Part shown: positions 58,886 to 64,000 of the stretch, piece by piece
How positions within the stretch are numbered: position 1 is the stretch's first letter
Layout: every line of letters starts with the position of its first letter
Origin: a bacterium
Lineage (GTDB): Bacteria; Patescibacteriota; Patescibacteriia; UBA2591; MWDC01
DNA: 64,000 nt
Assembly (NCBI GenBank): GCA_021158435.1
Contig: JAGGUQ010000005.1
Location: forward strand, 527 to 64,526
Direction: 5' to 3'
Position numbers and translations under genes: made by a program
The notes under the pieces: model-generated
Seen by the model: the letters and a program-made list of their open reading frames with translations, nothing else
Told to the model about the DNA's origin: nothing
Database searches by the model: none

Positions 58886-60055
58886 TCATTGCTGAACCTC
58901 CTGTGGATATTTTTCCATTAATACCTCAAATTTACCATTTCTTACAATCTTAAGTCCCCAGGACTTGGTTACATCCCCATGTTCATCAAACGTTATATCG
59001 CCAGTAACAGCAGGAAAATTTTTAATTCTGTACAACATTTTCTTTATATTATCCGAACTTGGAAAAGATGCTCGTTTTATTGCATAATAAATAACATTAA
59101 AAGCATCGTACGATAATGCAGTTACAATGCCTGGTTCCTCGGTAGTGTTAAAAAACTTTTGGTACCTATCCCTGAAACTTTTAACCCTGGAGTCAGAACT
59201 TTTGATATTAAACATGATAGAACCATATATTACTCCTTCTGCTGCCTCTCCTGCAATTTTTAGAACCTCTGGATTTTCAAAATCAGCTGTACTTAAAAAT
59301 TGCGGTTTAAAACCCATTTCGTGAGATTGTCTTACTATAAACCCCAACTCCTTAGAATGCCCTACAATTAATACTACTTCGGGATTTTTAATGCTTACTT
59401 TTAAAATTATTGTCCTAAAATCAGTGTTTCCTGGTTCATATCTTTCAGTTATAATGGAATTATTTTTTAAACCTAATTCTTTCAGTCTTTGAATATATTC
59501 ATCTTTTACTGCCAATCCAAATTCATCGCCTCTGTAAATTACTCCTACTCTTTTAGCAGTGAGTTCTCTGACTGTATAATCAGCAAGCATGATGCTTCTT
59601 TTTTCGTCGCTAGGATATATCCTAAAAATATAATCACCGGCTTTGGCTATATCCTTATGTGGAGCGGTAGGGGTAAGTAAAACTACTTTGGCTTTCTCTA
59701 CAATTGGAGCTACAGAAAGGACTTCATTACTGGATAAAGGCCCGATAATAGCTTGGACTTTATCTACTGATATCAATTTTTGAACAGCAGAAACTGCTTT
59801 TTTGGAGTCTGCCTCAGAATCTTCATAAATTATACGGAGCAGCTTTCTCTCATCTAAATTAAGTTCATCCAACGCTAATTCAATACCTTTCCTTAGCTGT
59901 TCTCCCCACGTGCTGGCAGGCCCAGAAAGAGGCGCTATAATCCCAATCTTAACTACCTCTTCTTCAGCAGGCTTTCTACTCACCCCCCACCAAATTCCAG
60001 CAATAACAACAATGATTACAATCAGCCAAACGATTGTTTTTGTTGTTTTGGACAT
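58886..60055 (-). CDS. LivK/LivJ-type ABC substrate-binding protein with N-terminal membrane anchor
   Basis: N-terminal TM, KIGIIAPLSG, YEDSE, YIFRIYPSD, DFRT, YDA, ITFDEHGD. Confidence 0.92.
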   Translation of the reverse strand: MSKTTKTIVWLIVIIVVIAGIWWGVSRKPAEEEVVKIGIIAPLSGPASTWGEQLRKGIELALDELNLDERKLLRIIYEDSEADSKKAVSAVQKLISVDKVQAIIGPLSSNEVLSVAPIVEKAKVVLLTPTAPHKDIAKAGDYIFRIYPSDEKRSIMLADYTVRELTAKRVGVIYRGDEFGLAVKDEYIQRLKELGLKNNSIITERYEPGNTDFRTIILKVSIKNPEVVLIVGHSKELGFIVRQSHEMGFKPQFLSTADFENPEVLKIAGEAAEGVIYGSIMFNIKSSDSRVKSFRDRYQKFFNTTEEPGIVTALSYDAFNVIYYAIKRASFPSSDNIKKMLYRIKNFPAVTGDITFDEHGDVTKSWGLKIVRNGKFEVLMEKYPQEVQQ

Positions 60056-60122
60056 AGTCTTATTTTCGCTTTAATAAGTTAATGTTCGACATTTTATATT
60101 ATTCCACTAATGTAAGAAAAGT

Positions 60123-60905
60123 TCAAGAAGAACCTGCAGAGAACTGCTCTCCCAAATATGCCTCTAAAACTTTAGGGTTGTTTTTTATTTGTGTTGGTGT
60201 ACCTTTGGCTAGGATTTTGCCCTGGTGCATTACAATTACTTCGTCGGAAACACTAAAAGCAAAATTTATATCATGTTCAATGAGGAGAATAGTCTCTCCC
60301 TGATATTTCAATTTAAGCAAAAGCCCTTTTATACTTTTTCTCAACTTGGGATTAACCCCTGCTACTGGCTCATCCAACATTAAAAATATATGAGGTTTTA
60401 ATACAGCTCTTATTAATTCTACTAATCTTTTCTGGCCATAGCTTAAATCTCTGCTGATTTTATTTTTAAATTTCTCCATTCCCACTAACCCTAACATTTG
60501 TTCAATTCTTTTTTCTTTATCTTTACCTACCTTATTCCCTCCTAAAAGATTTTTCCAGAATTTCACATCTTTATTATCCATTGCTAAAAGTAAATTTTCT
60601 TTAACTGTTAAATTATTAAATAAACGGGTTTGTTGGAATAAACGTGAGATTCCTAAATTAGAAATATCTTCTGGTTTTAAACCAGTGATATTCTTACCAT
60701 TAAAAACTACCTTCCCAGAATCTGGATTTATTAAGCCTAAGACAAGATTAAAAACAGTACTTTTTCCTGCTCCATTTGGTCCAATTAAAGCAGTAATTTT
60801 GCCTTTTTCAACTTCAAAATCACAACTATCAACTGCTTTCACACCACCAAAATATTTTTTTAGATTTTTTATTTGAAGAATGTTACTCCAGTTCGATTCT
60901 ACCAT
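60123..60905 (-). CDS. livG: Branched-chain amino-acid ABC transporter ATPase LivG (exact start uncertain)
   Basis: FGGVKAV, GPNGAGKST, LSYGQKRLVE, LDEPVAG, IEHD, V.EAYLG. Confidence 0.92.
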   Translation of the reverse strand: MVESNWSNILQIKNLKKYFGGVKAVDSCDFEVEKGKITALIGPNGAGKSTVFNLVLGLINPDSGKVVFNGKNITGLKPEDISNLGISRLFQQTRLFNNLTVKENLLLAMDNKDVKFWKNLLGGNKVGKDKEKRIEQMLGLVGMEKFKNKISRDLSYGQKRLVELIRAVLKPHIFLMLDEPVAGVNPKLRKSIKGLLLKLKYQGETILLIEHDINFAFSVSDEVIVMHQGKILAKGTPTQIKNNPKVLEAYLGEQFSAGSS

Positions 60906-61755
60906 ATAACCCGCGTGGTTTTTTAATTAATATTAAAAGCAAAAGTAAGGCATAAATCATCTGCCTGGCTGGTCCAATAATTGATGAAGGAAAACCAACG
61001 AATCTCAATGGTTCTGGTAGTAACACTAAGATTATGGTGGCAATAATTGTGCCTTTTAATGAAGCTAAGCCACCAATAATCACAATTGCTAATACTGGAA
61101 TTAACTGTGATAAAGTAAATGAAGAGGGGTCAATAAAAGTAATATAATATGCATATAAAGAACCAGCAATTCCTGCAAAAAAAGCAGAAATCCCTAAAGC
61201 ATAACTCTTCATTTTAAAAGTATTTTTACCTAAAACCCTAGTTGCCAGTTCATCATCTCGTATTGCTTCTAATACTCTTCCAAAAGGGGATTTGGTAATT
61301 CTTGTAATGATTAAATAAGAAATTAAAGCAATAACAAAAACTAAAACTAAGAAACTAAAATTATCAGAAAAAGTAAAACCAAATAAACTTGGTTTAGGAA
61401 TTCCCGGCAACCCTAAAGGCCCTCTAGTCAAACCTGTCCAATTCAAAGTAATAGCATAAATAACAAAAGTAAAAGCCAAAGTAGCTAAAGCTAAATAGTC
61501 TCCTTTAAGTTTGTTAGTGGAAATGGCTAATAAAAAGCCAAAAAACATTGCACCTATACCAGCTAATAAAAAACAAAACCAAAAAGGTAGGCCAGCTAAG
61601 GCAAGTAAAGCTGAAATATAGGCACCAATTGCATAAAAAGCAATATGACCAAGATTAAGCAAACCAGTAAAACCAACTGACAATTGCAAGGAAATCGCCA
61701 GAATCAAATAAATCCCAATTAAAATTAATAAGTGAATTAAGTAAGCTGATATCAT
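60883..61755 (-). CDS. livM: Branched-chain amino-acid ABC transporter permease LivM
   Basis: GFTGLLNLGH.AFYAIGAY, LKGDYLALATL, SPFGR.L.AIRDDE.A..LG, P.GLYG. Confidence 0.92.
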   Translation of the reverse strand: MISAYLIHLLILIGIYLILAISLQLSVGFTGLLNLGHIAFYAIGAYISALLALAGLPFWFCFLLAGIGAMFFGFLLAISTNKLKGDYLALATLAFTFVIYAITLNWTGLTRGPLGLPGIPKPSLFGFTFSDNFSFLVLVFVIALISYLIITRITKSPFGRVLEAIRDDELATRVLGKNTFKMKSYALGISAFFAGIAGSLYAYYITFIDPSSFTLSQLIPVLAIVIIGGLASLKGTIIATIILVLLPEPLRFVGFPSSIIGPARQMIYALLLLLILIKKPRGLYGRIELE

Positions 61756-61758
61756 GCC

Positions 61759-62898
61759 TTATTTAATCATTAAAACTTTTTTCTTTCCATTTTCTATTAT
61801 TTTTTTTATGGCCATTGGTTTTAACACATCTCCTTTTCCATCAAAAGTAATAGTTCCTGATACACCCTGATAATTTTTTATCGTATATAATTCATCCTTT
61901 ATACAGGATGATAGATCAGTTTCTGCCTTACATTCCTTAATAGCTTTTATAATCAAATTAAAAGCATCAAAACCTTCTGCTGCATATAATGCAGGGGCAC
62001 GATTAAATTTTTCTTCAAACATATTTTCAAACTTCTCAACTTCTCTGCCCGAAGGATCTGCTTGAAGAATATAAATAACTCCATTTGCTGATTCTCCTGC
62101 TGCTTCAAGAACAAATGGATCTTCCAATGCCTCTGTTTGAAAATATAAAGGCAAGGACAATCCAAGTTCTTGGGCTTGTTTCAAAATAATAACCGAATCT
62201 GCTGGATATGATACTATTACAATAGCCTGAATATTCTGATTCTTAATTTTCATCAATTGAGTTTTAACGTCTTTTGTCCCTTGTGCGTACGATTCAATTG
62301 CAACTATTTTACCACCCAATTCTTCAAATCTCTTCTTAAAAGAATCTTTATTACCAGCACCTCCTTCGTTATTAATATACAAAATGGCTACTTTGTTTAA
62401 ACCAACGTCATTTTTTATGTAGTCTGCAAAAACCTCTCCTCTTAAAGCATCAGATGGTACAACCCTAAAAACATAATCACCCGCATCTGAAATCTTTGGA
62501 CTAGTAGAAGCGGGACTAATCAGAGGGACTTCACTTTTTTCTACAATTGGGGCTATGGCTAATGTCACAGAACTACAAACTGCTCCAATAATCGCATCCA
62601 CCTCATCTATATTAATTAATTTTTGAACAGCACTAACCCCTTTAGCTGGATCACACTGAGTATCTTCATAAATTACCTCTACTTTTTTATTATCAACTCT
62701 ATTCTTTATTAGCTCTAAAGCCAGTTCAATACCCTCTTTTGGCGGTACGCCCCATTGACTGGCCTCGCCAGTAAGAGGAGCTAAAACTCCTATTTTAACC
62801 AATCCCTCGGTGGTTTTTCCCGTACCAAATACAAAAACCAAAGCAACAATAATTGCAATAATTATTATCCCAATAATAATTTGTAGTGTCTTGCTCAT
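61759..62898 (-). CDS. LivK/LivJ-type ABC substrate-binding protein with N-terminal membrane anchor
   Basis: N-terminal TM, KIGVLAPLTG, EDTQCDP, GAVCSS, YVFRVVPSD, ITFDGKGD. Confidence 0.92.
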   Translation of the reverse strand: MSKTLQIIIGIIIIAIIVALVFVFGTGKTTEGLVKIGVLAPLTGEASQWGVPPKEGIELALELIKNRVDNKKVEVIYEDTQCDPAKGVSAVQKLINIDEVDAIIGAVCSSVTLAIAPIVEKSEVPLISPASTSPKISDAGDYVFRVVPSDALRGEVFADYIKNDVGLNKVAILYINNEGGAGNKDSFKKRFEELGGKIVAIESYAQGTKDVKTQLMKIKNQNIQAIVIVSYPADSVIILKQAQELGLSLPLYFQTEALEDPFVLEAAGESANGVIYILQADPSGREVEKFENMFEEKFNRAPALYAAEGFDAFNLIIKAIKECKAETDLSSCIKDELYTIKNYQGVSGTITFDGKGDVLKPMAIKKIIENGKKKVLMIK

Positions 62899-62944
62899 AA
62901 AATTAGATTTAAGTTGTTAGTTATAAGATTTAAGTAAAACGACC

Positions 62945-63061
62945 TTCCGGAACATCCCGAAGAACATCCCGGAGGCAGTCTCCGGAGGTAGGCAGTCTCC
63001 GGAGGTAGTCTCCGGAGGCAGACTCCGGGAAGTCCATGGACTTCGGGATGGAGTATCCGGG
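62945..63061. repeat. GC-rich CTCCGGAG array, copy 6 (longest; at a duplication breakpoint)
   Basis: TCCCGGAG-GCAGT-CTCCGGAG-GTAGGCAGT-CTCCGGAG-GTAGT-CTCCGGAG-GCAGA-CTCCGGGA; 16-bp palindrome GAAGTCCATGGACTTC (63029-44); IR CATCCCGAAG (62953-62) / CTTCGGGATG (63041-50). Confidence 0.92.
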
Positions 63062-63155
63062 AGTAAAACCAACTGACAATTGTAAGGAAATCGCCAGAAT
63101 CAAATAAATCCCAATTAAAATTAATAAGTGAATTAAGTAAGCTGATATCATGCCT
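63062..63155 (-). pseudogene. Orphan 5' stub of livM (first 30 codons)
   Basis: 93/94 nt identical to 61666-61759; the frame continues through the GC-rich array to a stop at 62930. Confidence 0.92.
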
Positions 63156-63156
63156 G

Positions 63157-64000
63157 TTATTTACTATTTCTCCCAATCCCCAAAATCCCCTGATGCCTAA
63201 ATAAAAGGAAAATGAAGAGGATTGCAAAAGCAATAGCGTCTTTGTAGCCAGACGGTAAAAACCAAATGCCAAAGTTTTCAGCGAACCCCAATAAAAATGA
63301 ACCAAGAACAGCACCAGGAACAGAACCAATCCCTCCAATAATCGCTCCAGTAAAACCTTTAATCATTAAATTGGTTCCCATCATTGGTTCGAGATTCTGT
63401 TCTAAACCAACTAAAATAGCAGCTATACCAGCAATAGCCGAACCAACAATAAAAGCCCAAGAATATATGTTTTCTGCTGAAATACCAACAACTTCAGCAA
63501 CTTCTTTATTGTCAGCCACTGCCCTCATTGCTTTACCAATTTTGGTTCTTTTCATAAAGAAATAAAGCAAAACAAGTAAAACAAGAGAGACAGCAATAAT
63601 TACAATTTGCAAAGGAGTAATAATTGCTCCTAAAAAATCAAATCCTCTTGCTATTTTTACATAACCAATCGTTTTAACATCTGCCCCAAATAGCATCAAA
63701 ATTAAGGATTCAAAAAATATCAAAAGGGCAAAACTGGTCATCAGTAAAATAACTTTACTAGCTTTTCTTTGACGAAGTTTTTTGTAAACAACCTTATCCA
63801 TCAACCAACCTAAAAGAGAGGCAAAGATAATAGTAAAAATCACTGACAATCCAAAACTTAAACCTAAATCAGAAAAAAGAAAGTATAAAAAATAGGCGCT
63901 AAAAGCAATTGTTGCGCCATGAGCAAAATGAACAAACTTACAAGTCGAGTAAATCAAAGAAAAGCCACTTGCTACTAAAGCATAAATGGCTCCAGCAATT
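63157..64000 (-). CDS. livH: Branched-chain amino-acid ABC transporter permease LivH (5' end outside the window)
   Basis: Frame stays open to the window edge (IAGAIYALVASGFSLIY), HFAHG, TKIGKAMRAVADN, IIGGIGS..GA. Confidence 0.92.
   Translation of the reverse strand, partial: IAGAIYALVASGFSLIYSTCKFVHFAHGATIAFSAYFLYFLFSDLGLSFGLSVIFTIIFASLLGWLMDKVVYKKLRQRKASKVILLMTSFALLIFFESLILMLFGADVKTIGYVKIARGFDFLGAIITPLQIVIIAVSLVLLVLLYFFMKRTKIGKAMRAVADNKEVAEVVGISAENIYSWAFIVGSAIAGIAAILVGLEQNLEPMMGTNLMIKGFTGAIIGGIGSVPGAVLGSFLLGFAENFGIWFLPSGYKDAIAFAILFIFLLFRHQGILGIGRNSK

Noticed and set aside
55090-63061. CTCCGGAG arrays as a CRISPR array
   Set aside because: Units are 8 bp with 3-9 nt near-constant spacers; there are no 25-45 nt unique spacers and no cas genes.
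62895-63338. 147-aa minus-strand ORF
   Set aside because: It is an alternate frame across the livH end, the livM stub and the array; the repeat explains the lack of stops.
439-63565. Numerous 60-133 aa ORFs overlapping long genes (e.g. 439..624, 10216..10413, 42818..43219, 44359..44706, 63266..63565)
   Set aside because: They are antisense or off-frame shadows of well-supported genes, with F/S/L-rich composition mirroring K/E-rich sense strands.
1-64000. Alternative genetic code (UGA=Gly, as in Gracilibacteria/Absconditabacteria)
   Set aside because: Long conserved genes translate fully under code 11, and TGA ends several genes at expected positions (e.g. scpB and archease in ATGA overlaps).
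55248-64000. Classical integron or shufflon
   Set aside because: No IntI or invertase gene, no attC-like sites recognised, and all cassettes are co-oriented with direct rather than inverted repeats.

Overview
AT-rich (roughly 30% GC by eye), gene-dense bacterial chromosome segment using genetic code 11. Gene content points to Patescibacteria/CPR, probably Parcubacteria-like (inference): no rpmD in the spc operon, short AlaRS, RtcB plus archease, a lone VirB4/TraG-like ATPase with a CxxC-x17-CxxC tail, and few Shine-Dalgarno motifs. It holds the end of a surface-glycan cluster, recA/rodZ-like/ftsK, rpoBC, housekeeping genes, the str-S10-spc ribosomal superoperon, rpmB-tRNA-Pro and a heavily rearranged liv-type ABC transporter locus. 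Three things stand out. (1) The liv locus looks built by repeated insertion with duplication. Three 50-94 bp near-perfect direct repeats of gene 5' segments bracket cargo (binding-protein genes, an AbiE toxin-antitoxin pair). One binding-protein gene is decapitated, and C-terminal remnants of others are stacked behind it. (2) A family of GC-rich arrays, built from the palindrome CTCCGGAG with GYAGN spacers, occurs six times, twice exactly at those duplication breakpoints. (3) A tnpB-only IS200/IS605 element sits in the last codons of rplW; its left end recreates the Lys-Gly-stop, and its predicted guide matches the reconstructed empty site at the rplB start. All calls are from reading motifs by eye; no database searches were run.
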